Source: an uncultured Clostridia bacterium (GTDB lineage: Bacteria; Bacillota; Clostridia; Christensenellales; UBA1242). Taken from it: a stretch of 64,000 nt of DNA. Every line of letters starts with the position of its first letter. The first letter of the stretch is position 1. The position numbers were made by a program, and so were the translations under genes. Location of the stretch: NCBI GenBank assembly GCA_944332185.1, contig CALVJJ010000003.1, positions 18,905-82,904 of the forward strand, in the 5' to 3' direction. This document shows positions 26,861 through 38,132 of this stretch, one piece after another. The notes beneath the pieces were generated by a model, which saw only the letters and a program-made list of their open reading frames with translations, did no database searches and was not told the origin of the DNA.

Positions 26861-26897
26861 AGCAAAGATATAGACTCTTTGCTTTTTATTTTTTTAT
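26860..26897 (+). terminator. Intrinsic terminator after the M16 peptidase gene
   Basis: Stem AAGCAAAG / CTTTGCTT with a 9-nt loop, followed by a T-rich run. Confidence 0.8.
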
Positions 26898-27011
26898 TAT
26901 ATACTTAAAAAATATAGCTAAATCTATTCAAAATGGTTTTCTTATCTAAAATATTTGTGTTATAATTTATTTAAGAATATATATTTATCATATTATCATA
27001 TCGAGGTTGCT

Positions 27012-29825
27012 ATGCCTATTTATACAAAGCGAACTATGAATAAAAAGTATACAAAAAAACAAATTCTCGGAATCTGTTTTTCTATATTATTTTCTTTATT
27101 ACTTGTCAATTTTTTATTCAATATTGTGACACAAATCAATCACTTTTTTTTAGGATTCCTAGGTCTTAACTATGTCTTAGTGCTTATAACCATGATTGTT
27201 ATTGGTATGATGATGGTTTTAGAAAAAAAAGGAAGAAAAGAATACAAAATTGAAGTTGGTATTGGCATTGCTATTTTTATGCTTATTTTGGCTTTATTGC
27301 ATTTGGCAACAGTGTCAAGTATTCCTTTTGATGGATTTTTAAATACCATGAAAGCTATATATGACTATCAATATTCCATGGGGGGAATTTTGTTTTCCAC
27401 TATTTTATATCCACTTATTGCTTTTACTCATAAAATTGCGACAATGGTATTTTTATTCATTCCCACTATTATTTTAGTAGCAATCTTGGTTTATAGAATT
27501 TATTTGCGACTTACCGGCTCCTTAGGTGTGATAAAAAAGACACAAGAAAAAGCAATTATGCCTGAAAAACTTGTGCAACAAGAAATTCAATCGTTTGAGC
27601 AAGAAAAAGAAGAAACACAAAAAGAAAAAAGTCAAAAAATTGATGATACCATATTTATTAGTGATGAAAGTCTAGAAAAAGAAACTGAAATTGCTAATGA
27701 AAAAAATCATGCAAAAGAAATATTGGGATTAACGCCAAAGCAAGCCAATTTACAACAAGACACGAGTCAAGTAGAACAATTAAAAATAGATACTTTAGAA
27801 GAATCAGAAGGGAAAAGACCAAAGAAAATTGTTCATAAAGGAGATATTTGGCATGATGATTTACCAAACTCTTATACTAAAAATAAGGTATTATCAGAAA
27901 ACGATAGAAAAAATCTTGCATTTTTACGTTCTATTCAAGGTAAGTCTATGCAAGATTTAAAAGAACAAGAAAAACAACTAGATATTTATGATGATCATGT
28001 AACAAAAAATAATTATAAAAATTTTGTAAAGCCAAAATTTGAAAATCCAGAAATCAAATACGATGCATTTCATCAAAACGATTTTAAAATTGATCAAGAT
28101 GCACAATCTTTAAAACCATCGAATACGTTTGGACAACAAGATCCAGAAAAATGGTCATTCCCAGCGGGAAATAAGGAAGATAATACTACATCAAATACCA
28201 CAGAAAACAATTATAAAGTAAGCAATGTTTTAGGTGGTTACAATCAAATGTTTTTTAATGGGACTAAAGATAAACAAACACAAAAAAATGAAGAAAAAAC
28301 ATCAAAATCCGATTTGGATTTTACAAAAAAACCGGTTGCTGAAGTGCAAAAATCAAAACCTAAAAAACCATATCATTATGTAGCACCACCCATTGACTTA
28401 TTAAACAAAGTAGAGTCTTCTCCTGATGATTACAGTGAAGATTTTGAAGAAAAAGCAAATATGCTAGAACAAACATTGGCAAGTTTTGATATCAATGCAA
28501 AAGTTGTGTCCATCACCCATGGTCCTGCATTCTCTAGATTTGAATTACAAATGCCACCAGGGGTACCAGTGAGAAGGGTAAGTGGATTTGTGGACGATAT
28601 GGCAATGGCTCTAGAAAGTCATGGTAATATTCGTATGGAGATTCCAATCAAAGGACGTAATACTTTTGGTGTGGAAGTACCAAATAAAAAGATTGAAAAG
28701 GTTCCTTTAAGAGATATAATTGATAGTGAACAGTTCCGTTCTATAAAATCGCCGACAGCTTTTGCATTAGGAAAAGATATTACAGGCGAACCACAAGTGA
28801 CAAGAATTGACAAGTTAAAACATGTTTTGATTGCTGGTTCTACAGGTAGTGGTAAAAGTGTATGCATGAACTCACTTCTTCTTAGTATTTTGTATAAAGC
28901 ATCACCAGAAGATGTTCGATTGATTATCATTGATCCTAAGAGAGTGGAATTCACTCCTTACAATGGTATTCCACATTTGCTTATACCAAATGTTATATGC
29001 GAAGTAGATAAGGCTGTCATGGCTCTTAATTGGGCGATTGGAGAGATGGAAAGAAGGTTCCAATTATTTTCAAAAGAATTTGTGAGAGATCTTGGAGAAT
29101 ACAACCAAACAGAAGGGGTAAGAAGTGGTGTCAATCAAAAACTTCCTTATATTCTAATTATCGTTGATGAATTGGCAGATTTGATGTTACAGAACAAAAA
29201 AGAAATAGAAGAGTCCTTGAATCGATTACTTGCAAAAAGTAGAGCTGCTGGTATTCACTTAATTCTTGCAACACAAAGACCTAGTGTTGATGTTATTACA
29301 GGAACATTAAAGAATAATTTACCAGCAAAAATTGCATTCAAAGTAAGTTCTATGCCAGATAGTAAAACAATCATTGGAACAGGTGGAGCTGAAAAATTAC
29401 TAGGCAGAGGAGATATGCTCTTTGTCCCAGAAGACAACCCTGACGGACACAGAATTCAAGGCGCTTTGGTAGAAAATAGCGAAATCGGTGCTGTCGTTAA
29501 TTTTGTGAAAGAACACAATGAAGCAGATTTTGATGAAGCGATTGAAGAAGCAATGTTTAATAAAAATGCTGCTAGTGGCACAGCTGGACCACGAGAAACA
29601 GAATATGATCCATTGTTTAAAGATGCTTGTAGGAATACTATTATTGCAAATTCTATTTCTATTAGTAAAATTCAAAGACTATTTGGAATTGGGTACCCAA
29701 GAGCTGCAAAAATTGTAGATCAAATGATAGCTGCTGGATTTATATCTGATAGAGATAGTAATAACAAGTACACTATATTTATTACACAACAAGAGTTTGA
29801 AGAAAAATTTGGAGAAGATTTATGA
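27012..29825 (+). CDS. ftsK: DNA translocase FtsK/SpoIIIE
   Basis: ATG at 27012 follows GAGGT. It has N-terminal TM helices, a long low-complexity linker, a motor domain (AGSTGSGKS, IIVDELADL) and a C-terminal gamma winged helix (SISKIQRLFGIGYPRAAKIVDQM). An extended -10 TGTTATAAT lies at 26958-26966. Confidence 0.92.
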   Translation: MPIYTKRTMNKKYTKKQILGICFSILFSLLLVNFLFNIVTQINHFFLGFLGLNYVLVLITMIVIGMMMVLEKKGRKEYKIEVGIGIAIFMLILALLHLATVSSIPFDGFLNTMKAIYDYQYSMGGILFSTILYPLIAFTHKIATMVFLFIPTIILVAILVYRIYLRLTGSLGVIKKTQEKAIMPEKLVQQEIQSFEQEKEETQKEKSQKIDDTIFISDESLEKETEIANEKNHAKEILGLTPKQANLQQDTSQVEQLKIDTLEESEGKRPKKIVHKGDIWHDDLPNSYTKNKVLSENDRKNLAFLRSIQGKSMQDLKEQEKQLDIYDDHVTKNNYKNFVKPKFENPEIKYDAFHQNDFKIDQDAQSLKPSNTFGQQDPEKWSFPAGNKEDNTTSNTTENNYKVSNVLGGYNQMFFNGTKDKQTQKNEEKTSKSDLDFTKKPVAEVQKSKPKKPYHYVAPPIDLLNKVESSPDDYSEDFEEKANMLEQTLASFDINAKVVSITHGPAFSRFELQMPPGVPVRRVSGFVDDMAMALESHGNIRMEIPIKGRNTFGVEVPNKKIEKVPLRDIIDSEQFRSIKSPTAFALGKDITGEPQVTRIDKLKHVLIAGSTGSGKSVCMNSLLLSILYKASPEDVRLIIIDPKRVEFTPYNGIPHLLIPNVICEVDKAVMALNWAIGEMERRFQLFSKEFVRDLGEYNQTEGVRSGVNQKLPYILIIVDELADLMLQNKKEIEESLNRLLAKSRAAGIHLILATQRPSVDVITGTLKNNLPAKIAFKVSSMPDSKTIIGTGGAEKLLGRGDMLFVPEDNPDGHRIQGALVENSEIGAVVNFVKEHNEADFDEAIEEAMFNKNAASGTAGPRETEYDPLFKDACRNTIIANSISISKIQRLFGIGYPRAAKIVDQMIAAGFISDRDSNNKYTIFITQQEFEEKFGEDL

Positions 29826-31138
29826 TAAATATTGATCAACTAAAGAAAAAGAAAGTGGCATTTATTTCGCTTGGCTGTGATAAAAATCGGGTAGATCTAG
29901 AAAAAATGATTGCCGATATTCAAGCATTTGGATTTTGTATTACTCAAAATCAAGAAGAAGCCAATATTCTAGTTATTAACACTTGTGCATTTTTACAAAC
30001 TGCTAGAGAAGAAAGTATTGATACAATTTTAGAAGCTTTACCTTTAAAAAATGGAAATCTAGAAAAAATTGTTGTAACAGGGTGTTTACCTCAGTACAAA
30101 TTGCAAGAAGTGAAAGAAGCAATTCCAGAGATAGATATTTTATTGACTTTGGACCAAAATGAAAAAATAGTAGATAAAATTGTAGAAAGTTATCAACTAA
30201 AAAATCCTTCCTTTTTATCTATACAAGACCGTGTGGTAACGACACCAAAGCATTATGCATATTTAAAAATTGCAGAAGGTTGTAACAATTTTTGTGCTTA
30301 TTGTACCATTCCATATATTCGTGGAAGATATCAAAGTGAACCAATAGAAAAATTGGTAGCAGAAACAAAAAAACTAGTAAAAAATGGGGCAAGAGAGATT
30401 ATTCTTGTGGCACAAGATGTAACCAAATATGGTCAAGATTTGTACGGTGAGAAAAAATTGGTTACGTTGTTACAAGAATTATCTAAAATTAAAGATTTAA
30501 AATGGATACGTCTGCTTTACTGTTATCCAGAACTAGTAACAGATGAACTTATGAAAGAAATGACTGAAAATCCAAAAATATGTCATTACATTGATCTGCC
30601 ATTACAACACGTCAATGATGAAATTCTAAAGGCAATGAATAGGCACAATACAAAAGCACAATGTGAACTGACTATTCAAAAATTAAGAGAAGCTATACCT
30701 GATATTGCAATTAGAACAACATTTATTATTGGGTTGCCAGGAGAAAATAATAAAAAATTCCAGGAATTGATGGAATTTGTACGCAATCAAAAATTAGATA
30801 ATGTAGGCTTTTTTGCCTATAGTAGAGAAGAAGGAACAAGAGCATATAGTATGAAAAAACAAGTATGGTCTTGGATAAAACAAAAAAGACTAAAAAAGAT
30901 TAGTCTACTTCAAGAAATGATTGCTTATGATCATAACGAAGCTTCTATTGGTAAAACTATGGAAGTAGTTGTAGATGATATTGTAGGAGATATGGCTATT
31001 TGTCGAAATGAGCAAATGGCGCCACTTGTTGATGGTGTGATCTATGTTCCAAAATCCACTATGCAAATTGGTCAATTTTATCAAATAAAAATTACAAAAG
31101 TATTTGGATCTTATGATCTAGAAGGAGAATTAGTATGA
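29822..31138 (+). CDS. rimO: Ribosomal protein S12 methylthiotransferase RimO
   Basis: 438 aa with a UPF0004 N-terminal domain, the radical SAM motif CNNFCAYC and a TRAM-like C-terminus. It lies in the ftsK-rimO-pgsA-cinA-recA order typical of Clostridia. Confidence 0.88.
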   Translation: MINIDQLKKKKVAFISLGCDKNRVDLEKMIADIQAFGFCITQNQEEANILVINTCAFLQTAREESIDTILEALPLKNGNLEKIVVTGCLPQYKLQEVKEAIPEIDILLTLDQNEKIVDKIVESYQLKNPSFLSIQDRVVTTPKHYAYLKIAEGCNNFCAYCTIPYIRGRYQSEPIEKLVAETKKLVKNGAREIILVAQDVTKYGQDLYGEKKLVTLLQELSKIKDLKWIRLLYCYPELVTDELMKEMTENPKICHYIDLPLQHVNDEILKAMNRHNTKAQCELTIQKLREAIPDIAIRTTFIIGLPGENNKKFQELMEFVRNQKLDNVGFFAYSREEGTRAYSMKKQVWSWIKQKRLKKISLLQEMIAYDHNEASIGKTMEVVVDDIVGDMAICRNEQMAPLVDGVIYVPKSTMQIGQFYQIKITKVFGSYDLEGELV

Positions 31139-31716
31139 ATTTACCAAACAAATTAACATTATTAAGAGTAATATTAGTGCCAGTGTTTTTATTCTTTTAT
31201 TTGGCAACCTTTTTGCCATCTTATACAAAAATCATTGCATTAGCAATATTTGTAATTGCTGAATTGACAGATTTTTTAGATGGTTATATTGCAAGAAAAT
31301 ATAATATGGTTACGGATTTTGGAAAATTTTTAGATCCTATAGCTGACAAAATTTTAAGTGTAGCCGGTGTTTTAGTATTAGTGGTAGACCAAATTATACC
31401 AGCACCTTTTGGGGTAATTTTTGCTTTTCTAATGATATTTAGAGATTTTATTATGAGTGGACTTCGTTTGCTAGGAGCAAATAAAAATGTAGTCATTATG
31501 GCAGACAAATTGGGTAAAATCAAAACAATCTTTTTGTTTATTACGCTTATATTAGGGTTACTGATCAGTTATCTAGTAAGTTTGTCCATTAGTGCAAGTG
31601 TTATCAATGGCTTGTATTTGGCATTCTATATTTTATTAGGTATTACAGCAATTTTAATTGTGCTTAGTTGTGTCAATTATTTATTTAATAACAGAAATTT
31701 GATCACGACAAAATAG
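31135..31716 (+). CDS. pgsA: CDP-diacylglycerol--glycerol-3-phosphate 3-phosphatidyltransferase
   Basis: Contains the CDP-alcohol phosphatidyltransferase motif DFLDGYIARKYNMVTDFGKFLDPIADK. Confidence 0.9.
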   Translation: MNLPNKLTLLRVILVPVFLFFYLATFLPSYTKIIALAIFVIAELTDFLDGYIARKYNMVTDFGKFLDPIADKILSVAGVLVLVVDQIIPAPFGVIFAFLMIFRDFIMSGLRLLGANKNVVIMADKLGKIKTIFLFITLILGLLISYLVSLSISASVINGLYLAFYILLGITAILIVLSCVNYLFNNRNLITTK

Positions 31717-31744
31717 TATTGGAACAAAAGAGAGGGGAAAAATC

Positions 31745-32983
31745 ATGAAAGTGTCTTGTCTATGTATTAGCAATGACTTATTACTTGGAAAACGCCAAGA
31801 CAACATTACTGCAATTCTTGCAAAGAAATTGTTGGAAAATGGTATTACATTTTCTCGCGTATATACGATTCACAACAATCCAGAGTCTATTAGAGAAGCT
31901 TTGAGTCAATTACAGGATAAAATTATCTTTATCATTGGGGACAACAATTCTGTAAAAAATGCACACATCAAAAAGGCAATCGCTGAAATTTGTGGTGTAG
32001 ATATGGCAGAAAGCAATATTGCAAATTTGGCTGTAAAAAATTATTTTAAAAAAATGAATTTGCCTATTACTTATGATAGTGAAAATGAAGTATTTCTACC
32101 AAGAAATAGTAGGTGTTTAGTCAATCAAAATAGTGTGTTACAGGGATTTGCTATTTATAAAGGAGAGCAGTTACTGATTTTTATTCCTGATGATGTATAC
32201 AGTATTTATTCTTATTTGGATACATCTGTTTTGCCAATGCTATTTGATAAGTTTAATGTATTTTACGAAAATATTACTTTAAAAACATTCGGCATTTGTG
32301 AAAGAGACATTCTTTCTCTTTTAGGGGATTTGTTAAAAAATAAATATAAAATCAATGTTACAACTTACCCTAATGGGTTAGAAACTACGATTGTCATACG
32401 ATACAATAAAGGATTAGATCAAAGTATTATTTCTGATTTTATGCAAAAAATATATGCGAAACTTGCAAAATTTATATATGCGACAGAAGATATGTCACTA
32501 TTTGCAACAGTGTTTAATTTGCTAAAACTAAATAAAAAGAAAATTGCTATTGCTGAAAGTATTACTGGGGGAACCATTGTGAGTTCCTTAATACAAGAAA
32601 ATGCAGGGATTAGTGAATATTTGATTGAAGGAATTGTTGCTTATTCTAATAATTCCAAAACCAATCGTTTAAAAGTGGGAGAGAATATCTTGAATACCTA
32701 TACTGCTGTGAGTGTTGAAGTAGCTTACGAGATGGCTGCAGGACTCTTAGAGACAAGTGGGGCAGATATTGTTGTCACAACTACGGGGTATGCATCAAAA
32801 GATGAAGGGCATGATGCTTATGCATACATTGCTGTAGGAGATATGGACGGCATTCATGTGTATAAAAATGTGTTTTCAGGAAGTCGTGAAGAAGTCATTG
32901 ATAGTGTTACGAAAACTAGTATGTTTTATTTAATTAAAAAATTGAAGCAAAATGATTTGCTTTTTAATCACACTATGGTATAA
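31745..32983 (+). CDS. cinA: CinA-family competence/damage-inducible protein (PncC-type C-terminal domain)
   Basis: 412 aa with C-terminal AIAESITGGTIVSSL. It lies immediately upstream of recA. Confidence 0.85.
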   Translation: MKVSCLCISNDLLLGKRQDNITAILAKKLLENGITFSRVYTIHNNPESIREALSQLQDKIIFIIGDNNSVKNAHIKKAIAEICGVDMAESNIANLAVKNYFKKMNLPITYDSENEVFLPRNSRCLVNQNSVLQGFAIYKGEQLLIFIPDDVYSIYSYLDTSVLPMLFDKFNVFYENITLKTFGICERDILSLLGDLLKNKYKINVTTYPNGLETTIVIRYNKGLDQSIISDFMQKIYAKLAKFIYATEDMSLFATVFNLLKLNKKKIAIAESITGGTIVSSLIQENAGISEYLIEGIVAYSNNSKTNRLKVGENILNTYTAVSVEVAYEMAAGLLETSGADIVVTTTGYASKDEGHDAYAYIAVGDMDGIHVYKNVFSGSREEVIDSVTKTSMFYLIKKLKQNDLLFNHTMV

Positions 32984-33004
32984 TACTATAAAACAAATGT
33001 TCGA
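32976..33004 (+). promoter_or_regulatory. recA promoter (extended -10) with a LexA box
   Basis: TGGTATAAT lies at 32976-32984, inside the 3-prime end of cinA. AAACAAATGTTCG at 32991-33003 has a perfect GTTCG half-site and a one-mismatch half-site. Confidence 0.6.
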
Positions 33005-33017
33005 TGAGGTATAAATT

Positions 33018-34010
33018 ATGGACGAAAGCAAAAAGAAATTATTAGACCAAGCTATTTTGCAAATTGAAAAACAATTTGGAAAAGGTTCTATTATGAAATT
33101 AGGAGATGAATCAGCCAAAACAACCATTGATGTTATTCCAACTGGTTGTTTAACACTTGATGTTGCATTAGGGATTGGAGGTATTCCTAGAGGTAGAATT
33201 ATTGAGATCTATGGACCAGAAAGCAGTGGTAAAACAACTGTTGCTCTACACATGGTGGCTGAAGCACAAAAAAGAGGAGGAACTGCTGCATTCATTGATG
33301 CAGAACATGCACTGGATCCTTCTTATGCAAAAGCGTTGGGTGTCAATACAGATGAATTATTGATTTCCCAGCCAGATACTGGAGAGCAAGCATTAGAAAT
33401 ATGTAAAACATTGGTAGCAAGTGGGGCAGTAGATATTGTGATTGTAGACTCAGTGGCTGCTCTTACTCCAAAAGCAGAAATTGATGGAGAAATGGGTGAT
33501 AGTCATGTAGGTTTACAAGCAAGACTTATGAGTCAAGCTTTAAGAACATTGACTCCTGTAACCAATAAAAGTAAAACGATCATTGTATTTATTAACCAAT
33601 TAAGAGAAAAGATTGGAGTAATGTTTGGGAATCCAGAAACCACAACTGGTGGGAAGGCATTAAAATTCTATTCTAGTATCCGTCTTGATGTACGAAAAGT
33701 AGATACAATTAAAGATGGTGACAATGTAATTGGAAATAAAACCAAAATTAAAGTTGTCAAAAACAAGATGGCTCCACCATTTAAAGTTGCTGAATTTGAA
33801 ATCATGTATGGGAAAGGAATTAGTAAAGAAGGTTGTTTAATTGATTTGGCAGTAGCGAATGATATTATTCAAAAAAGTGGTGCTTGGTATGCTTATAAAG
33901 GAGAAAAAATTGGGCAAGGTAAAGAAAATACAAAAGCATATTTAGCCAATAATCCAGATGTATATGATGAGATTGAAACACAAATTCGAGAAATCTTATC
34001 TGCAAAATAA
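33018..34010 (+). CDS. recA: Recombinase RecA
   Basis: 330 aa with [12 protein letters not shown], Walker [10 protein letters not shown] and [22 protein letters not shown]. Confidence 0.97.
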   Translation: MDESKKKLLDQAILQIEKQFGKGSIMKLGDESAKTTIDVIPTGCLTLDVALGIGGIPRGRIIEIYGPESSGKTTVALHMVAEAQKRGGTAAFIDAEHALDPSYAKALGVNTDELLISQPDTGEQALEICKTLVASGAVDIVIVDSVAALTPKAEIDGEMGDSHVGLQARLMSQALRTLTPVTNKSKTIIVFINQLREKIGVMFGNPETTTGGKALKFYSSIRLDVRKVDTIKDGDNVIGNKTKIKVVKNKMAPPFKVAEFEIMYGKGISKEGCLIDLAVANDIIQKSGAWYAYKGEKIGQGKENTKAYLANNPDVYDEIETQIREILSAK

Positions 34011-34044
34011 TGGGTATATAGTACTCATTGCAAATTGATAAAAG

Positions 34045-34070
34045 TCTTATCTACTTAGATAAGATTTTTT
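34045..34070 (+). terminator. Intrinsic terminator after recA
   Basis: Stem TCTTATCTA / TAGATAAGA with a 2-nt loop, then T6. Confidence 0.85.
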
Positions 34071-34202
34071 ATTGTTTGGTAAGTGCTAATAGAAATTGAA
34101 CATGTACCATATAGTAAAAAGAAAAAAGATATAAAAAATCTAAAATTCTTTATGTACTCGTTCATGATATATAATGGTATATTCTGTATAAAAAATGATA
34201 TG

Positions 34203-34237
34203 AAAAAAGAACATACGATAAAAGTATGCTCTTTTTT
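34203..34237. terminator. Bidirectional terminator downstream of the PBP gene
   Basis: Stem AGAACATAC / GTATGCTCT (one mismatch) flanked by an A-run and a T-run. Confidence 0.7.
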
Positions 34238-34264
34238 ATTTGCATATCATAGGAAAATTATACC

Positions 34265-36592
34265 TTATTGAAATAGAAAAGATATATCATCTACTGTTGT
34301 TTCTTTTTGTAATAGGGAATCTAATACTTTTTCTTTTTTAGCCGTTTTAATCGTGGTAGGGGAAGAAGTTTTAATAATTTGATCCCCACATTTTACGACG
34401 ATATAATATGTATATTTTTGATTGTAATCTAGCTGGTAATCTACAAAATGTATTGGTTCATTTTTATCTTGATATTTTTCTATGATTTTATCTTCTCCAC
34501 TAGGACTAATACGATGTATTTCATAATCAAAATTTTGAATAGCATCAAAAGTAATATTGGTAGCATGATTTTGATGATTGATAGATAAAGAAGTAAGACA
34601 AGTATGAAGATAATCTTGATCCAAAATAAGATGTTGAGAACTTGCTCCTACTAAGATTTCCTTTGTGTATCTATCAGGCATATAGCTAGGTGCTTTCCAT
34701 AATTGCTGATTGTTGTCATAGGCAACTCTATCAATTTTGACTGATTGTACACTATCTGGAATGGAAAATGGTTCTGGTTTTTCATCTTTATAATGTTCTT
34801 TGAAAGTATCTGCAATCAGTTGTGTGGCCATGGTACCACCATTATTATTGTGTGGCAAGATATATTCTTTTTGATTAGAGTAATTACCATACCATACACC
34901 CATAGTAAGATCACTAGTATATGCAATACTAATTGCATCACTATTGTCATTAGTATGAGGAATAGCAACAGTACCAGTTTTCCCAGCAATATCAAAATCA
35001 AGAGTAGACAGTCTTTTACTAGTACCTGTTTTTACACCTTCGATTAACATATCTGTCATAAGATAAGAGGTATCTTCGGAAAATACTGGAATTGGGGATT
35101 CCTTGTTTTCATAAAGCAAAACGCCAGCACTAGAGCGAATACTACGAATAAAATGACTTTTTGTGTAGTTGCCTTGATTCGTATAGGGAATATATGCATT
35201 GGTCAAATCTTTCAAAGTAACACCTGTGGTGAATCCTCCTAGAGCAATGGCATATCCTTGATCTAGAGCATCAAATGTAATCCCTGTTTTTTCGGCATAA
35301 TTTTTACATTTTTCAATACCTATGCGTTGCATAATTTTGACAGCTGGTACATTTAAGCTTTTTGCCACGCTATATTTTGCTGTCACATATCCGTGTTCTA
35401 CGTTTCCTAAATTGTGAGGAGTGTATCCATCAATGGTAATATTTTCATCTAAAATAAGACTATCAGGTGTGATGATTCCTTCTTCTAATGCTGGAGAATA
35501 GACTAGAATTGGTTTGATTGCACTGCCGGGTTGTCTTTTAAAATTAACGAGATCATAAGTAGATTTTCCAGCATACGCTACAACGCCAGCTGTATGATTA
35601 TCAATGATAATACCAAGACCATCAGCAATATTACCGTAAGTATTTTGAATATCATAGTCTTCACTAGAAATTTTTTCTGCTAAATTTTTTTGTAGGGCAT
35701 CATGATAATAGGTGTAAATTTGATACCCACCAACAGCAATTTCTTTTTCTGTTTTGCCTAAGAGTTGACTTGCTTCTTGTAAAGTGGCACGGTAATATAA
35801 GTTTGCATATTGCTCACTATGTTGATCGGTAGCAAGCGTAACTGTTTCTTGTTTTGCTTGAGTATACTGCTCTTTGGTAATATGTCCATCTTCTAACATT
35901 TCTTGTAACACTACATCTCTTCTTGCAATACTTTCTTCATAATGATACCTTGGAGAATAAGTGGCAGGGGACTTAATCATACCAGCAAGTAGGGCACTTT
36001 CGCTTAGTGTTAAATCTTCCACATCTTTGCCAAAATATGTTTGACTAGCTTTACTAATTCCATAGGAATTTTCTCCAAAATAAATAACATTCAAATACAT
36101 TTCTAAAATTTCATCTTTTGTAAATTGTTCTTCCAATTTTTTAGTCAAAATCATTTCTTTTAACTTTCTATCAATCGTTTTTTCATTGGTTAGATGTGTA
36201 TTCTTAATGAGTTGCTGGCTAATGGTACTTGCTCCTTCTACAAAAGCACCTTGTTTTATATTATTCAGCATGGCTTTGGCGATTCGTTTATAGTTGAGTC
36301 CATGATGCTTATAAAAACTTTTATCTTCTATCGCAATAAAAGCATTTTGTGTCAATTTTGGAATAGAAGATAAAGGGACAATATTTTTATTCGTTGCATT
36401 TAATGGGGCTATTTCTTCATTGTTGGAGTCATACATTTTAATCTGTGAATTCATGTAGATTAAGTTTTCTTTTGAAAAGGTTACAGAGTTTTTCACAGTA
36501 TAAAAATATATCATAAAACTACCAATGGCAAGAATGGTAATTACAGAAAAAATAATAAGTAATATTAAAAATATTTTTTTTGTCTTTTTCAT
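34265..36592 (-). CDS. Class A penicillin-binding protein (PBP1A type) with a C-terminal extra domain
   Basis: 775 aa with a TM anchor, glycosyltransferase motifs (EDKSFYKHHG, GASTISQQL) and transpeptidase motifs SxxK (GSAIKP) and KTGT. About 150 aa of beta-rich tail follow. Confidence 0.9.
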   Translation of the reverse strand: MKKTKKIFLILLIIFSVITILAIGSFMIYFYTVKNSVTFSKENLIYMNSQIKMYDSNNEEIAPLNATNKNIVPLSSIPKLTQNAFIAIEDKSFYKHHGLNYKRIAKAMLNNIKQGAFVEGASTISQQLIKNTHLTNEKTIDRKLKEMILTKKLEEQFTKDEILEMYLNVIYFGENSYGISKASQTYFGKDVEDLTLSESALLAGMIKSPATYSPRYHYEESIARRDVVLQEMLEDGHITKEQYTQAKQETVTLATDQHSEQYANLYYRATLQEASQLLGKTEKEIAVGGYQIYTYYHDALQKNLAEKISSEDYDIQNTYGNIADGLGIIIDNHTAGVVAYAGKSTYDLVNFKRQPGSAIKPILVYSPALEEGIITPDSLILDENITIDGYTPHNLGNVEHGYVTAKYSVAKSLNVPAVKIMQRIGIEKCKNYAEKTGITFDALDQGYAIALGGFTTGVTLKDLTNAYIPYTNQGNYTKSHFIRSIRSSAGVLLYENKESPIPVFSEDTSYLMTDMLIEGVKTGTSKRLSTLDFDIAGKTGTVAIPHTNDNSDAISIAYTSDLTMGVWYGNYSNQKEYILPHNNNGGTMATQLIADTFKEHYKDEKPEPFSIPDSVQSVKIDRVAYDNNQQLWKAPSYMPDRYTKEILVGASSQHLILDQDYLHTCLTSLSINHQNHATNITFDAIQNFDYEIHRISPSGEDKIIEKYQDKNEPIHFVDYQLDYNQKYTYYIVVKCGDQIIKTSSPTTIKTAKKEKVLDSLLQKETTVDDISFLFQ

Positions 36593-36708
36593 GTCGTACT
36601 ATCTCCAACTATAGTATTGGAAATATAAGGTAAGTTATGAACATTTTTATGGTATGGAAAAATTTAACATTTCTCTTGATGAATTTCCTACGAAAATCGA
36701 CAAATATC

Positions 36709-36737
36709 TTGTAAAACATCAATTTTTATAGTATACT
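36709..36737 (+). promoter_or_regulatory. Sigma-A-like promoter of miaB-mutS-mutL-miaA
   Basis: TTGTAA at 36709-36714, a 17-bp spacer, TATACT at 36732-36737. Confidence 0.45.
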
Positions 36738-36804
36738 TATACTGAGAAATATCGTGGGAATTATCTTATTCTCATTTTGTAGCGAAAAATAGATAGAGGT
36801 TAGT

Positions 36805-38121
36805 ATGACAAAAAATTATTTTATCAAAACGTATGGCTGTCAAATGAATATTCATGAGAGTGAAAAATTGGCTGGTATGCTACAATCGTTAGGGTATACT
36901 AGTTGTGACAAAGAAGAAGATGCAGATGTTATTGTTTTTAATACTTGTTGCATACGAGATGGGGCTGAAACAAAAATTTTTGGGAATATTGGAGCTTTAA
37001 AAAACTTAAAGAAAAAGAATAAAAATTTGATCATTGCTGTTTGTGGGTGTATGACACAACAAAAAGAAAGAGTAGCACAGATCAAAGAAAAGTATCCTTA
37101 TGTGAATATTGTTTTTGGTACACATAATTTGAATGAATTTAAAGAATATATGCAACAATACCTTAGTAGTCACAAAAATGTGTATGAAGTTTGGGATCAA
37201 GAAAAGGCTATTGATGAAGATGTAGAAATGTATCGAACCAGTGGTTGGAATGCATGGGTCAACATTATGTATGGGTGTAATAATTTTTGCTCTTATTGTA
37301 TAGTTCCTTATGTGAGAGGTAGAGAAAGAAGCAGAAATATGTTAGATATTCACAAAGAAGTCGAGCATTTGGTGCAACAAGGGTACAAAATCATTACCTT
37401 ACTTGGTCAAAATGTGAATAGTTATGGGAATGATATTGATGATAAAAATATCACATTTGCTAATTTACTTAAAGATCTTTGTACTATTCCAGGAGATTTT
37501 AGAATCAAATTCATGTCTTCGCACCCAAAAGATCTAACAGATGAAGTGATTGATGTCATTGCGACTAATAAAAAAATGAGTAAAGCTGTGCATTTGCCGG
37601 TACAGTCTGGTAGCAATGCTATTTTAAAAGCAATGAATCGTAAATATACCATTGAACATTATTTGGAATTAGTAGACAAATTGCGTCATAAAATTCCAAA
37701 TTGTAGAATTACTACTGACATTATTGTAGGTTTTCCAGGAGAAACAGAAGAAGATTTTGCTATGACTTATGATCTTGTAAAAAAAGTAAGATATAGTGGA
37801 GTTTTTGCTTTTATGTATTCACCAAGAAAAGGAACAGTGGCTGCTTCTATGGACCATCAAATCCCCCAAGAAGAAAAAAATAGAAGAGTCAATAAGTTGC
37901 TTGCTTTATCCAAACAAATTATCAAAGAACAAGCAGAAGAATTTTTACATACAAGACAAGAAGTTTTAGTGGATCATAAAACAGAGCAAGGTGAATTTGT
38001 TGGTATTTTAGATTGTGGGAAAGATGTCATTTTAAATGGACAAAATTATACACTTGGACAGTATCAAAATATTATGATTACGGATAAGAAAAACAATCAA
38101 TTATATGGTTGTGCTGAATAA
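36805..38121 (+). CDS. miaB: tRNA-i6A37 methylthiotransferase MiaB
   Basis: 438 aa. N-terminal YFIKTYGCQMN, the radical SAM motif CNNFCSYC and a TRAM C-terminus. It lies upstream of mutS, as is typical. Confidence 0.9.
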   Translation: MTKNYFIKTYGCQMNIHESEKLAGMLQSLGYTSCDKEEDADVIVFNTCCIRDGAETKIFGNIGALKNLKKKNKNLIIAVCGCMTQQKERVAQIKEKYPYVNIVFGTHNLNEFKEYMQQYLSSHKNVYEVWDQEKAIDEDVEMYRTSGWNAWVNIMYGCNNFCSYCIVPYVRGRERSRNMLDIHKEVEHLVQQGYKIITLLGQNVNSYGNDIDDKNITFANLLKDLCTIPGDFRIKFMSSHPKDLTDEVIDVIATNKKMSKAVHLPVQSGSNAILKAMNRKYTIEHYLELVDKLRHKIPNCRITTDIIVGFPGETEEDFAMTYDLVKKVRYSGVFAFMYSPRKGTVAASMDHQIPQEEKNRRVNKLLALSKQIIKEQAEEFLHTRQEVLVDHKTEQGEFVGILDCGKDVILNGQNYTLGQYQNIMITDKKNNQLYGCAE

Positions 38122-38132
38122 AGGAGTTTTAC

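Noticed and set aside
34083-34271. 62-aa ORF in the recA-PBP intergenic region.
   Set aside because: It has a GTG start without an SD, runs through a bidirectional terminator, and has an implausible composition. It is most likely non-coding.
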